Shown here in pieces: positions 9,494 through 18,530 of a stretch of 40,765 bases of DNA. The notes under the pieces are model-generated. The model ran no database searches, was not told the origin of the DNA, and worked only from the letters and a program-made list of their open reading frames with translations. Numbering within the stretch: position 1 is the first letter of the stretch; each line of letters begins with the position of its first letter. Position numbers and translations under genes: made by a program. The stretch comes from a virus (lineage: Duplodnaviria > Caudoviricetes): the IMG/VR virus record IMGVR_UViG_3300014208_000073, positions 1-40,765 of that record; one strand, 5' to 3'.

Positions 9494-9814
9494 GTGAAAG
9501 CAAAAGTTATTGTTGCCACAACCAAAACAGTTGAAGCAGACATCAACAATGACTGTTTAACTGAGGAATTCATGGACGAATTCGAAATATTCATGTTCCC
9601 GCTAAACGAAAAAGCCACGCGCATTGAAAGCATGGTCGCCTATGTCTGTTCACAAATCGCGGAACATGACGGAGTCTTTATTGAAGGCATTGGGCGACCA
9701 GTACACACTCACATTTACAATAAAGGCAGAGAGGATCATAAAGACACAAAAATTGTCTATAGCATTAGTTTCGACGGAATCGCAGCAGAAATAAAGAAGC
9801 TGCTCAACACATAG
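9494..9814 (+). CDS. Hypothetical protein
   Basis: GAGGAG RBS, GTG start. Confidence 0.65.
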   Translation: MKAKVIVATTKTVEADINNDCLTEEFMDEFEIFMFPLNEKATRIESMVAYVCSQIAEHDGVFIEGIGRPVHTHIYNKGREDHKDTKIVYSISFDGIAAEIKKLLNT

Positions 9815-9841
9815 CAAACGATAAACATCGAGGAGACAGAG

Positions 9842-10378
9842 ATGAATAAAAAACTGTTAGAAAACGCGGTATATGGGTTTAAAAAGGCGCGGTCATATTT
9901 AGGCGAATGTCGAGATGATGATTGTGCCGAAGAATGGGATTTATACACTAATTTGATTGATTCGCTTCTTTTGTGCCTCTCAAACTCAGAACAAGAAACG
10001 AATCGCAATACCCGTCAGCGCAAGATTATTGAATGGGCCAACAACACCTTCGGCAAAGCCACCGGTTCCAACACCGGCGAGCGTATCAGCCGATTCGTCG
10101 AAGAAGCGCTGGAACTGGCGCAGGCGGCAGGCATGGATAGAACGTCCGTTCTATCGCTGGTCGATTATGTGTATTCGCGTCCGGTCGGAGAAATCCAGCA
10201 GGAAATGGGCGGTGTTGGTGTCTCGCTATTGGCGTTCGCCGAACACATGGGCATATCCGCCGACGAGGCCGAGCACGATGAATTCATCAGAGTAACCTCA
10301 AAAGATGCCGCGCATTTCCAAGCCCGACAAAACGCCAAAGCCAATGCCGGTGTTGGGCTTGCTTCAAGTGCCGAGTGA
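9842..10378 (+). CDS. MazG-like (all-alpha NTP pyrophosphohydrolase) domain protein
   Basis: WANNTFG...RFVEEALELAQ...QEMGGV acidic helical pattern. Confidence 0.6.
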   Translation: MNKKLLENAVYGFKKARSYLGECRDDDCAEEWDLYTNLIDSLLLCLSNSEQETNRNTRQRKIIEWANNTFGKATGSNTGERISRFVEEALELAQAAGMDRTSVLSLVDYVYSRPVGEIQQEMGGVGVSLLAFAEHMGISADEAEHDEFIRVTSKDAAHFQARQNAKANAGVGLASSAE

Positions 10379-10414
10379 GCGATATGCCCGCGCCCTACTG
10401 CACTGGAGAACACC

Positions 10415-10606
10415 ATGGATTTTGATAAATGGTTTAAGGATGAAGGTAGCCTCATGTCGGCTGCCGGATGCCGGAGCGAAATTATTGCTGAGGCTGCTTG
10501 GCAGGCGGCGACCCATGAAGGGTTTGTCGCAGGGTTTTTATGCGCCGGCGGGGAATTAGAAGAAGCGAAAGATCAAGCGCAGCAGTTTATTGATTGCACT
10601 CAATGA
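10415..10606 (+). CDS. Hypothetical protein
   Basis: GGAG RBS; common phage small-ORF pattern FDKWF...AWQAA. Confidence 0.6.
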   Translation: MDFDKWFKDEGSLMSAAGCRSEIIAEAAWQAATHEGFVAGFLCAGGELEEAKDQAQQFIDCTQ

Positions 10607-10649
10607 CCTGCCACGCCAAACGAATCAACTAAACAACCAAGGCAATCCC

Positions 10650-10967
10650 ATGAAACTAAAAACCAACCTACTCCCCTTACTGATCGCCGTATTAATCGCT
10701 ACCTGTTCACTCACGTCTATCACCGCCGATGCCAAACAGCAAAGGAGCGAAGCCGCGAAGAACCACTTTAAAGCAGCGCATCCCTGCCCTGCTAATGGCA
10801 ACACGCGCGGATCATGCCCTGGTTTCGTCATTGATCATGTAAAACCGCTTTGCTCAGGAGGGGCGGATAGCATTGAAAATATGGCATGGCAACCATTGAA
10901 AGAATCCAGGCTAAAAGACATACAGGAGCGCGCGCAATGCAGAGAAATGAGAAAGGCAGGTTTGTAG
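10650..10967 (+). CDS. HNH-like protein with N-terminal signal peptide
   Basis: MKLK + hydrophobic core + ADA cleavage-like site; IDHVKPL-GGAD--ENM-WQ HNH-type motif. Confidence 0.75.
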   Translation: MKLKTNLLPLLIAVLIATCSLTSITADAKQQRSEAAKNHFKAAHPCPANGNTRGSCPGFVIDHVKPLCSGGADSIENMAWQPLKESRLKDIQERAQCREMRKAGL

Positions 10968-11410
10968 CAATACCAGCTGCGATTAGATTCTGGAAGTTCG
11001 TTTCCAAAGGCGGTGATTCTTCATGCTGGGAATGGACTGGAAATACAGTAGGAAGGGGTAATGATCCAAGATATGGGCAATTCTCAAAGGGAAAAGGGAG
11101 TCCTATCTATGCTCATAGGTACTCTTTCGAAATGGTGAACGGCCCAATTCCACCAGATATGCAGGTTCACCATAAATGCAAAAATCGCTTATGCGTTAAT
11201 CCAGCTCACCTTGAGCTAGCAATCAGACATAATCATCCAGATGGCGCACCTGTTATGAGAAGGGAAATGACGCATTGTCGATATGGTCATGAATACACAC
11301 CAGAAAATACCTTTATTAGAACTACTGGAACAAGGCGGTGCCGCAAATGCGACAGGATTCGTTACATCAATAAAGTAAAGCCCGCAAGGAGCGGCGGCAA
11401 GAGCAAATAA
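10937..11410 (+). CDS. HNH endonuclease
   Basis: CWEWTG, YG, AHRYSF, VHHKC.NRLCVNPAHLE, then C.YGHE...CRKC; AGGAG RBS before 10937. Confidence 0.88.
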   Translation: MQRNEKGRFVAIPAAIRFWKFVSKGGDSSCWEWTGNTVGRGNDPRYGQFSKGKGSPIYAHRYSFEMVNGPIPPDMQVHHKCKNRLCVNPAHLELAIRHNHPDGAPVMRREMTHCRYGHEYTPENTFIRTTGTRRCRKCDRIRYINKVKPARSGGKSK

Positions 11411-11435
11411 TAGTCGATGGCACAGCTAAGCAATG

Positions 11436-11464
11436 TTGACAAACCCAAAACAACCCACTAACCT
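11436..11464 (+). promoter_or_regulatory. Sigma70 promoter of C4-like cassette 1
   Basis: TTGACA-17 bp-TAACCT; same position as the promoter of cassette 2. Confidence 0.75.
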
Positions 11465-11471
11465 TACATTG

Positions 11472-11558
11472 CTCCCGCAAAAAACGGGAGACGGGTTTTG
11501 CAGCCCGAATGGTTCTGGCGCAGCAGCTATGCGCCTATAAAGGTTCATGGCTTTTTTT
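11472..11558 (+). promoter_or_regulatory. C4 target leader (b1/a1) with terminator/antiterminator, cassette 1
   Basis: TTTGCAG 11497-11503 in a hairpin loop; GGTTCTGG 11511-11518; hairpin AGCTATG...CATGGCT plus T tract 11525-11558. Confidence 0.7.
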
Positions 11559-11572
11559 ATGCCCCTCGTTTT

Positions 11573-11651
11573 ATGGTGGGTGGCGTATTGGGGAGCCGCG
11601 AGGCTCGCCGGTCCAGAACCCGGTCTGCAAACCCGATACGTCATCCACCGC
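11573..11651 (+). ncRNA. C4-like antisense RNA, copy 1
   Basis: 18-bp closing stem GGTGGGTGGCGTATTGGG/CCCGATACGTCATCCACC; GAGCC-GCGA-GGCTC GNRA hairpin; CCAGAAC and CTGCAAA are complementary to upstream and downstream target pairs. Confidence 0.85.
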
Positions 11652-11705
11652 CCAGAGTTTTGCAGCTCCGTCCGGTGGTAATTAACCTCAGTTCTGGAGT
11701 CACTC

Positions 11706-11849
11706 ATGAATAAGTTTTTATCTTGGTTATTGGTCGTCGTGCCGACACACCACAAAATCCCCGTCCGTCTGTTTCAAATTCGTTACCAACGCGCTAAGCG
11801 AGTTCTTCACGCCCAGCTGTCGCCCAATGCCTTCACTCGGGAGGTGTAA
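11706..11849 (+). CDS. 47-aa protein in the icd/kil position of cassette 1 (not in ORF track)
   Basis: MNKFLSWLLVVVPTHHKIPVRLFQIRYQRAKRVLHAQLSPNAFTREV; its GGAG RBS overlaps target GTTCTGG; paralog at 38657. Confidence 0.75.
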   Translation: MNKFLSWLLVVVPTHHKIPVRLFQIRYQRAKRVLHAQLSPNAFTREV

Positions 11850-11850
11850 C

Positions 11851-12027
11851 ATGGATGATCGCCTGATGAAACTGGAACGCACCATCCACGCTTTGGACGG
11901 TATGAACCACGGTATTTCTTCCGCCGTGGAAACCGAAAGCGGCATTACGCCAATGCAAATTTACTGCATGATTGAGTTGGTTAGCGGAGCGCTATCTGAA
12001 TGTTTGGCTGAGCTGGGAGAAAATTAA
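11851..12027 (+). CDS. Small hypothetical protein, paralog of 40149-40298
   Basis: GGAGGT RBS; IHAL.G...GIS..VE...ITP.QIYC shared with the paralog. Confidence 0.7.
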   Translation: MDDRLMKLERTIHALDGMNHGISSAVETESGITPMQIYCMIELVSGALSECLAELGEN

Positions 12028-12393
12028 ATGGCGAGAACAATAACAGAACAAACAGGCTATAAACGCCAAATGCCACAAAGCATTTGTTCAGATATTGATG
12101 TGCTTAAGCGTATTACGGAATATAGCTACGACACAAGCAATAGAGATTTTTTGAAATACTTCGAGAGCAGAACGGGGCATTACATAGGTGCAGACCCAGC
12201 ACACCCGCAAATAATCAGTCGGATTAAGCGCGGACTCATGGAGCCATTGCCGTCAAATTATTTTGAAACTCAATGCGAGATAGCCAATATGAGTAATGAT
12301 GAATATTCCAAAAAATACAATAGCAGTGCAGACATAAACATGATTTTCAAGGGGAGATTGCAGGATTGCTGGGAATTGTTTACCGGCCTCTAA
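12028..12393 (+). CDS. Hypothetical protein
   Basis: GGAG RBS; abuts the upstream stop. Confidence 0.6.
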   Translation: MARTITEQTGYKRQMPQSICSDIDVLKRITEYSYDTSNRDFLKYFESRTGHYIGADPAHPQIISRIKRGLMEPLPSNYFETQCEIANMSNDEYSKKYNSSADINMIFKGRLQDCWELFTGL

Positions 12394-12423
12394 CACAGCT
12401 CCGTAGGGTGCGAATTATACGGA

Positions 12424-12678
12424 CTAAGCAAACAAATCCCCCTGCAACAACTCCCGGCGCTGCTCTTTCGGCAAGTGCCTAAGCAAATTAGCCGCCAGCT
12501 GCTGGGTGTCGTTGACGGGGGGATTCAGGTAGTTTTTAAAGGCTAGCGACACCACAAACGTGCAGCCGCAGTCTTTGACGTTGCTGCATTGGCAGTAAAG
12601 ATCGCGGATAGTGAGGGTGATTGCGTTCGACGAACCAATACGGGCTTTGCTTTGACAATTAGGGCATTGAATCAGCAC
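12424..12678 (-). CDS. ogr: Ogr/Delta-like zinc-finger late activator
   Basis: CPNC...LYCQCSN...CGCTFV; GAGGAG RBS before GTG at 12678. Confidence 0.9.
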   Translation of the reverse strand: MLIQCPNCQSKARIGSSNAITLTIRDLYCQCSNVKDCGCTFVVSLAFKNYLNPPVNDTQQLAANLLRHLPKEQRRELLQGDLFA

Positions 12679-12786
12679 GCAAAATCTCCTCAAATTTTTG
12701 CAATATTATACATATAAAATAACCGTTTAGCGCATAATTGCAAATAATGTGTATAAGATCACCTGACGGCTAATCCGTCGGCAGCT

Positions 12787-13824
12787 CTACGGCGCAGGCA
12801 ACCTCTTCTTCCAGTCCGGTTCTCTAAACGCCACAGGATTCCCTTTTATCTGCTCGTTAATCGTCAAAAACACCTGCTGCATCGCCATCACCTCTAGCTC
12901 GTGGTAAACCTCCATCGATTTTTGCAAATCGCCAAAGCCACCGATATTGGCCGGCATGACCGCCACCAAGCCGGGATAAACCCGGTGCATGGCCAGCATG
13001 TCCATTTCGGCAATCTCCTTGATCGCCTGGAATTCGTCCTTGCTGCCGATGTTGCCGACCGGGATGATTTGTACTGGTTCTTTGTTGCTACTGCGAGGAA
13101 TGTTCAGGTACAAACTGCGGAAGTTACCCGGCCCTTTCGACTGCATAACCTGGTTTTTGACCTCTTTGGCAGTATCTTCGTCCAGATTGGCGTCGGTCGT
13201 GACCAGGATATAACCCATGTGCGCCCCGTTGACGTAGTATTTGCGCCGAAATAGCGTTGCATCCTCGCTGAGCAGCACCGATTGAATGCCGCCGAAATAT
13301 TGCGGCACGCCGTACACGCTTTGCTTAATGTCGTGCTCTTTGATGTGCAGCACTTCGCCGGGCTGGAACTCGACCTTGCTGCCGTCGCTGTTCAGTTTAA
13401 AAAATACATCAGCCTTTTTACCGGCCCGCATGGCGATGGCAGGCAATCTAGCCAGGCGCAGCACGTTGCCGAAACGGTCGGTGAATTTCTGGAAATAGGC
13501 GTTGGACAGCACCGAATAATCCAGCGCCGCTTTGGTCAGCTCATTTGTGGACAGTAATTCGGATGGGATAAACCATTTGGCGGTCATGTTCTTTTTAAAG
13601 TGCAGGATCGGCCCGTGGTAGGCATTGGCATTCATCAAACCGGCCAACCCGGCTAAATCGACCGGCGGCCGGTAATAATCGCCGCTAAGATCCAAAAACG
13701 TGCCCAGGTACTCGGTCATGCGGTTGCTTAGCGCCGGTTCCGGATCGCCGAAGGCAAAAACAAGCGGTTTGCTGGTGTTGTCTGTCAGCGGTTGCTCAGT
13801 CATCTGTTGTTGTCCTATTGTCAT
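12787..13824 (-). CDS. Portal protein (P2 gpQ/PBSX family)
   Basis: FAFGDPE, YGVPQY, ATLFRRKYY.NGAHMG, KG.GNFRSL, GGFGD; alternative start 13803. Confidence 0.95.
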   Translation of the reverse strand: MTIGQQQMTEQPLTDNTSKPLVFAFGDPEPALSNRMTEYLGTFLDLSGDYYRPPVDLAGLAGLMNANAYHGPILHFKKNMTAKWFIPSELLSTNELTKAALDYSVLSNAYFQKFTDRFGNVLRLARLPAIAMRAGKKADVFFKLNSDGSKVEFQPGEVLHIKEHDIKQSVYGVPQYFGGIQSVLLSEDATLFRRKYYVNGAHMGYILVTTDANLDEDTAKEVKNQVMQSKGPGNFRSLYLNIPRSSNKEPVQIIPVGNIGSKDEFQAIKEIAEMDMLAMHRVYPGLVAVMPANIGGFGDLQKSMEVYHELEVMAMQQVFLTINEQIKGNPVAFREPDWKKRLPAP

Positions 13825-15641
13825 TGACTAAATGTCGCAGTCGTTTTCCGACCGTCGTTGTTTATCGGTTCGTAAATCAGCGCGTGCATGATCGCCCAGG
13901 CAATGTCGGCGTGGCCGGATTCGACGCTTCTGCTGCTGGCGTAGGTAATCAGGCCGCTGCCGGTGGTGGTTTTGGTAATCATCAAAAACGCCCGGGTGAT
14001 TTCATGGTCGCCGGCCTTGTACTTAAACCGGCCGTTCTCGACAACATCCAGCGCTTTCACAACCAGCCTGGTTTTCATTTCCATGCTGTAGTGGATCGGC
14101 GTCGCCAGCGGATACCAATCCTGGACATTTTCAAAAACACCGTAGCCGATTCCGGTGGTATCGATGCCGATGTGCTGCACGTTATGCGCCTCGCGCACGT
14201 CCTTGATGCGGTTGCTCTGGTACTGAAAATTCTGGCCGTGATAACTGTCGGTGCGCAATACACGCCACGCCTCGCCCGGAATGATCGGAATGCCCAGCGC
14301 CGCCAGACTCGCGTTATCGCGGGTACGGCTCGGGTCATAGCCCAACGACACTGGCTTATTGCCGAACGGCCGAGCGTTGTCAGGCTTGTAATCCGGCCAT
14401 TGATCCACGTCAACGGTGCAGGCCAGCAATTTCGACAGATTAAACACCGACTGGCTATCGTCGATAAACTTGCACATGAACAAGTTATTGAAATCGTCAT
14501 CGCTGTACTCGTCCTGCAGCTCATCGATGTCGAACAGATCGCAGCCTTGTTCTTCCGCGTCTTTCACCGTGACCATGTGCCGCCACTTCTTATCCGGGCC
14601 AACCCAGCCGTTTTTCAAATTCTTATGGCTGATGTCGAACTCGACCTTGTTATTGTCGGCACGGCGCTGGTTGTACATCTCGCCGGACCATTCCGAATAA
14701 GCCTCGTGACTGATCGCCGACGGCGTCGAAAACTTGGTAATGCGCCATTTCTTGTGCGCCGCCATGCCGCTGGCCACTTTGTTGAGCTTTTTGTAATTGG
14801 GTATCCAGAACACCTCGTCAATGTACAAATGCCCGTGGTACGACTGCGCCGTGTTGCTGTTGGTCGATAAAAAGCGCAGCTCGGCGCCGTTGGACAGGAT
14901 AATCACGCCCTGCCCTTTCAGCTCGACATCGAAATACTTTTGCGCAAAGGCGATGATATAGGCCTTGAACACTTCGGCCTGGTCGCGCGATGCCGACAGG
15001 AAAATGCAGTTATCACCGGTGCGCACCGCCCGATCGAACGCTTCAAAAGCAAAATAAAAGGTCGCCCCGATCTGCCTTGATTTCAGGATCAGCCTGATCC
15101 GGTCGTCGCGGTGCTCATACCAAAGCTGCTGGTACTCGAAAAACAGCTCTTCGCGGACCTTGTTCAGCATTTCCGGCGTAATGCCGGAGATGTCGTTTTT
15201 GGCTTTCTTCTCGCGCTTTTTGCCTTTTCCCTGGCGTGGCCTGTCCTGGTCGCTGCCGTGATCCGGTTCCCGGTAATTCGCTTCGCCCGGGATGCCGCCG
15301 TATATCGGCAGGCCTTTTTCGATCGCCGCGGCTTCGGCTTTGATCTTGATCGCCACCGCATGATCCTTCTGCATCTTGCCGAAAGTCTCGACCAGGCGGA
15401 TGAACTCGTTCAGCTCGGCATCGGTTTTGTTATCCCGTTCAGCCAGAATGTTAATGCGCCGAGACAGCGCGATTTCAACCGTATCCGGCGGACAAAAACT
15501 GTCCCAATCCTCATTTTTTTGCCAGTTGTACAGCGTGCGCTCGTTCACGCCGGTTTCGCGCTCGATTTCGGTCACGGTGTAGCCGCGCACAAAGAGCTGC
15601 TTTGCCGTCTGTTTCAACTCCTCCGAATAACGCCTCGCCAT
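13821..15641 (-). CDS. Terminase ATPase subunit (P2 gpP-like)
   Basis: N-terminal HTH; LKSRQIGAT, YIDE, FSTPS, GYDPS, HADIAWA. Confidence 0.95.
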   Translation of the reverse strand: MARRYSEELKQTAKQLFVRGYTVTEIERETGVNERTLYNWQKNEDWDSFCPPDTVEIALSRRINILAERDNKTDAELNEFIRLVETFGKMQKDHAVAIKIKAEAAAIEKGLPIYGGIPGEANYREPDHGSDQDRPRQGKGKKREKKAKNDISGITPEMLNKVREELFFEYQQLWYEHRDDRIRLILKSRQIGATFYFAFEAFDRAVRTGDNCIFLSASRDQAEVFKAYIIAFAQKYFDVELKGQGVIILSNGAELRFLSTNSNTAQSYHGHLYIDEVFWIPNYKKLNKVASGMAAHKKWRITKFSTPSAISHEAYSEWSGEMYNQRRADNNKVEFDISHKNLKNGWVGPDKKWRHMVTVKDAEEQGCDLFDIDELQDEYSDDDFNNLFMCKFIDDSQSVFNLSKLLACTVDVDQWPDYKPDNARPFGNKPVSLGYDPSRTRDNASLAALGIPIIPGEAWRVLRTDSYHGQNFQYQSNRIKDVREAHNVQHIGIDTTGIGYGVFENVQDWYPLATPIHYSMEMKTRLVVKALDVVENGRFKYKAGDHEITRAFLMITKTTTGSGLITYASSRSVESGHADIAWAIMHALIYEPINNDGRKTTATFSQ

Positions 15642-15668
15642 AATGTCCCTTATTAAAGATTTACGTCG

Positions 15669-15786
15669 ATTTTAAGGGGATTCAAGGCAGTTAAGCAGCG
15701 TATTTAATCCTTAAAATTCCTATATTTAGCGGTTAGGAATGCACAGGAACAATGCCCGTTGTTTTACGCCAAAAAAAAGGTAATCT
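15669..15786. promoter_or_regulatory. Divergent late promoter region with central palindrome
   Basis: ATTCCTA-N11-TAGGAAT (15716-15740) lies midway between -10-like TAAAAT (minus strand, 15674-15669) and TAATCT (15781-15786). Confidence 0.55.
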
Positions 15787-15818
15787 GAGCGCCAACAACA
15801 CAGTTTTTCGAGTGAATC

Positions 15819-16691
15819 ATGTCATTACAAACTGAATACTTACGAATTGGCCGTAGCGGTCCAACGACAGACGGAAGAATCATCCAAGAGGAATGGATCG
15901 ACCAAGCGGCTGCCTCATACGACCCGAAAAATAAATATTCCGCAAAAATCTGGCCCGACCATAACCGCTATGTGAATTACGGCAAGGTTTTGGGTGTTCG
16001 GGCAGAAAAAAACGAGGAAGGCGGAAAAGACTTGTACGCAATATTGGAGCCGAACGCGTTTTATCAGTCCGATGTGCGCTATGGGCAAAAAGTTCATTTC
16101 AGTATGGAAATAACCCCGGATTTCGCCAAGACAGGTAAGGCCTATTTAACCGGCTTGGGTGCAACTGATGACCCGGCAAGCTTAGCCACCAGCGAAATGA
16201 AGTTCAGCAAATACGCCGAGCAAGCCGGTGTTTTTCGAGCCGACTTTATGGCGTCAGAAACAAAAACTTTCGACGACCCAGCTCAAACCGGTCTGCTTGA
16301 CCAGATCAAAGCCCTTTTCAAAAACCAACCCAACGAGGACTCAGACATGGCAGACAAAGCCGCATTGGAAAAACTAAGCGCGGAAATGGCGGCGCTCAAG
16401 GAACTGTTCGCCAAAGCATTCCCTTCCACCGACAGCCATAAAACGGACGAAACGCCAGACGACCTGCCAACGCAATTCGCCGCGCTGAAACAAAGCCAGG
16501 AAGAGCTGCTGCAAAAATTCAACGCAACACAAAAACCGACCGATGAAAAGCCGGATGCGGACGTGCTGAAAACGTTGCAGGAGCAATTCAGCGCGTTGGA
16601 AACAAAGCTTGCCGATGCACTGAAGGAACAACCAGGCACCGACGGCGGCGAGCATTTTAATGCTGGCGACGACCATAGCAATTACCTGTAA
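15819..16691 (+). CDS. Capsid scaffolding protein (P2 gpO-like)
   Basis: G.TTDGR.I, FSMEI.PDFA.TGKAYLTGLGATD.PASL. Confidence 0.93.
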   Translation: MSLQTEYLRIGRSGPTTDGRIIQEEWIDQAAASYDPKNKYSAKIWPDHNRYVNYGKVLGVRAEKNEEGGKDLYAILEPNAFYQSDVRYGQKVHFSMEITPDFAKTGKAYLTGLGATDDPASLATSEMKFSKYAEQAGVFRADFMASETKTFDDPAQTGLLDQIKALFKNQPNEDSDMADKAALEKLSAEMAALKELFAKAFPSTDSHKTDETPDDLPTQFAALKQSQEELLQKFNATQKPTDEKPDADVLKTLQEQFSALETKLADALKEQPGTDGGEHFNAGDDHSNYL

Positions 16692-16746
16692 GGACAGCCC
16701 AGCAAACCTGCGGCAGAATTTTTTTTAATATTCCAAGGACATCAAC

Positions 16747-17778
16747 ATGGGACACGTACTGAGCGCGCAAGGCCAACGAGCACTTGAGCAACAATTCAAA
16801 CACACCGCGTTGGCTTATGGCGTTGCCGTCGGTAATGCGATGGCTGGACAGCATTTCACCGCTACGCCATCGGTGGCGCAAACCATCATTAAAAAGATCG
16901 TCGAAAGCGCCAATCCGTTCCTGGCCTCGTTGCCAAGCATTCCGGTCTCTGAAATCACAGGTCAAAAAGTGTTGCTGGGCTTATCCGGCCGCGTTGCTCG
17001 CCGTACCGATACCGCAGGCTCCGGAGAACGGACGCCCAATCGATTAGTCAGCACAGGCACGCAAGACTACGCCCTGAAACCGACCGAATTCGACATCGCC
17101 TTAAGCTATGCCGATATTGATTCCTGGGCCAAATTCCCCAACTTTGCCGATCTGTACATGCAAGCGGTACGCGAAGCGATCGCCAACGACATTTTACAGG
17201 CCGGCTGGACCGGTACCACTGCGGCAACAGCCACCAATATCGTCACCAGTCCACTGCTGGAAGATCTGGCTATCGGCTGGCTGCAAAAAATCCGCGCCTA
17301 TAACGGCGGCAGCCAATACGCAATCGGCACCGTGGGCGTGCCTATTTCAATCGGCGCAACCGGCACTTACAAAAACCTGGACGAAGCCGTTCACGACATC
17401 AAGCAGACCGTTGCCGCTCGGTTTAGAAAGCGCGGCGATTTGGTCGCGTTGATCTCTGACGACCTGATGGTTTCTGCCGAAGACGCTTATTACCAAACCC
17501 ACGGCAACACCCCGACCGAAAAAGCCCTGCTGGGCGGCAGCATCACCAAAGCTTTCGGCGGCGTGCCATCGGTAACGCCACCGTTCTACCCGGACAAAAC
17601 CGTCCTGATCACGCCGCTGAAAAATCTGGCCACGTACTACCAGGACAGCAGCGTCCGCCGCTTGCAACGCGACTGGCCGAGCAAGGATGAAGTACAGGAA
17701 TTCAATTCCCTGAACATGGGCTATGTGGTGCAGGAAGAAGAAGCCACCGCCCTGGTTGAAAACATCACTCTGGTTTAA
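16747..17778 (+). CDS. Major capsid protein (P2 gpN-like)
   Basis: F.ATPSV.Q, ID.WAKF, PLLED...GWLQK.R, LITPLKNL. Confidence 0.95.
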   Translation: MGHVLSAQGQRALEQQFKHTALAYGVAVGNAMAGQHFTATPSVAQTIIKKIVESANPFLASLPSIPVSEITGQKVLLGLSGRVARRTDTAGSGERTPNRLVSTGTQDYALKPTEFDIALSYADIDSWAKFPNFADLYMQAVREAIANDILQAGWTGTTAATATNIVTSPLLEDLAIGWLQKIRAYNGGSQYAIGTVGVPISIGATGTYKNLDEAVHDIKQTVAARFRKRGDLVALISDDLMVSAEDAYYQTHGNTPTEKALLGGSITKAFGGVPSVTPPFYPDKTVLITPLKNLATYYQDSSVRRLQRDWPSKDEVQEFNSLNMGYVVQEEEATALVENITLV

Positions 17779-17783
17779 TCGTT

Positions 17784-18530
17784 ATGAGAAAACTCGCGCA
17801 GATCAAAGCCCAGCAAATAGCTGATGCCGAAAAAGCCGGCGCTCCGCATCCCTACGTGGGTGTCGATTTAGCATCAGGAGCGGACATCACCATATACCCC
17901 GCCGATGAAGCGGCCTCGGCAGCCGCAGCGGCACCGCGCGACCTGGAGCATTACCAGGCCGCGATGGGCGCCGACTTGGCAAAGCTATCGACTCTTAAAG
18001 ACGTGGTCGAAAAAGCCAAGGCTAAAGCCGCCATGCTGGCTACCTATTTGGAGTTCGTTAAGTCGTATGTCACCAACGGCGACAACTACCCGAACGATAT
18101 TGCCGTTCGGGTGTGCATCTGGCTGTTCGACATTCTTGACATCGAGCACGCGTTGAATCTGGCCTTTGTGCTGATCAAGCAAAACCAGATCACGCCGCCG
18201 AAATTCGACCGCGACCTGCCGACCTTTGTTTGCGATGCGACATACGATTGGGCCGCTGCGCTGTTGAAACTGGACCCGCCGCAATCGGCCAGCCCATATC
18301 TGGATACGGTCGTCGCTACTATGGATAACGACCAGTGGTCATTGTCTCCGCCGGTGCAATCGAAAATGTACGCACTACTCGCCAAGCATAAAAAGCGCGA
18401 AGGCGATTGGCAGGCCTGCTTGGCGCTGTGCGAAAAAGCCGAGGCGGTTAATCCGGAAGGTGCTGGCGTCAAGGGCATGAAAACCGAAGCGGCGGCGAAG
18501 TTACAACAAAACTTGGAGCAATCCGAATAA
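17784..18530 (+). CDS. Terminase endonuclease/small subunit (P2 gpM-like)
   Basis: Position after capsid; IWLFD, P.KF.RDLP.FV.D, GVK motifs. Confidence 0.85.
   Translation: MRKLAQIKAQQIADAEKAGAPHPYVGVDLASGADITIYPADEAASAAAAAPRDLEHYQAAMGADLAKLSTLKDVVEKAKAKAAMLATYLEFVKSYVTNGDNYPNDIAVRVCIWLFDILDIEHALNLAFVLIKQNQITPPKFDRDLPTFVCDATYDWAAALLKLDPPQSASPYLDTVVATMDNDQWSLSPPVQSKMYALLAKHKKREGDWQACLALCEKAEAVNPEGAGVKGMKTEAAAKLQQNLEQSE

Noticed and set aside
4600-10415. Recurring (C/T)TGAGGAGA motif before several early genes as a possible cassette recombination site
   Set aside because: Explained by strong Shine-Dalgarno sequences; identity does not extend beyond about 12 nt
11498-11713. 71-aa Ash-like ORF (FFYA...MVGG..G) across C4 copy 1
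   Set aside because: The equivalent frame in copy 2 shifts after SREARR while base pairing is conserved, so the constraint is on RNA structure, not protein
13818-14870. 350-aa plus-strand ORF
   Set aside because: Antisense shadow of the terminase gene; no motifs
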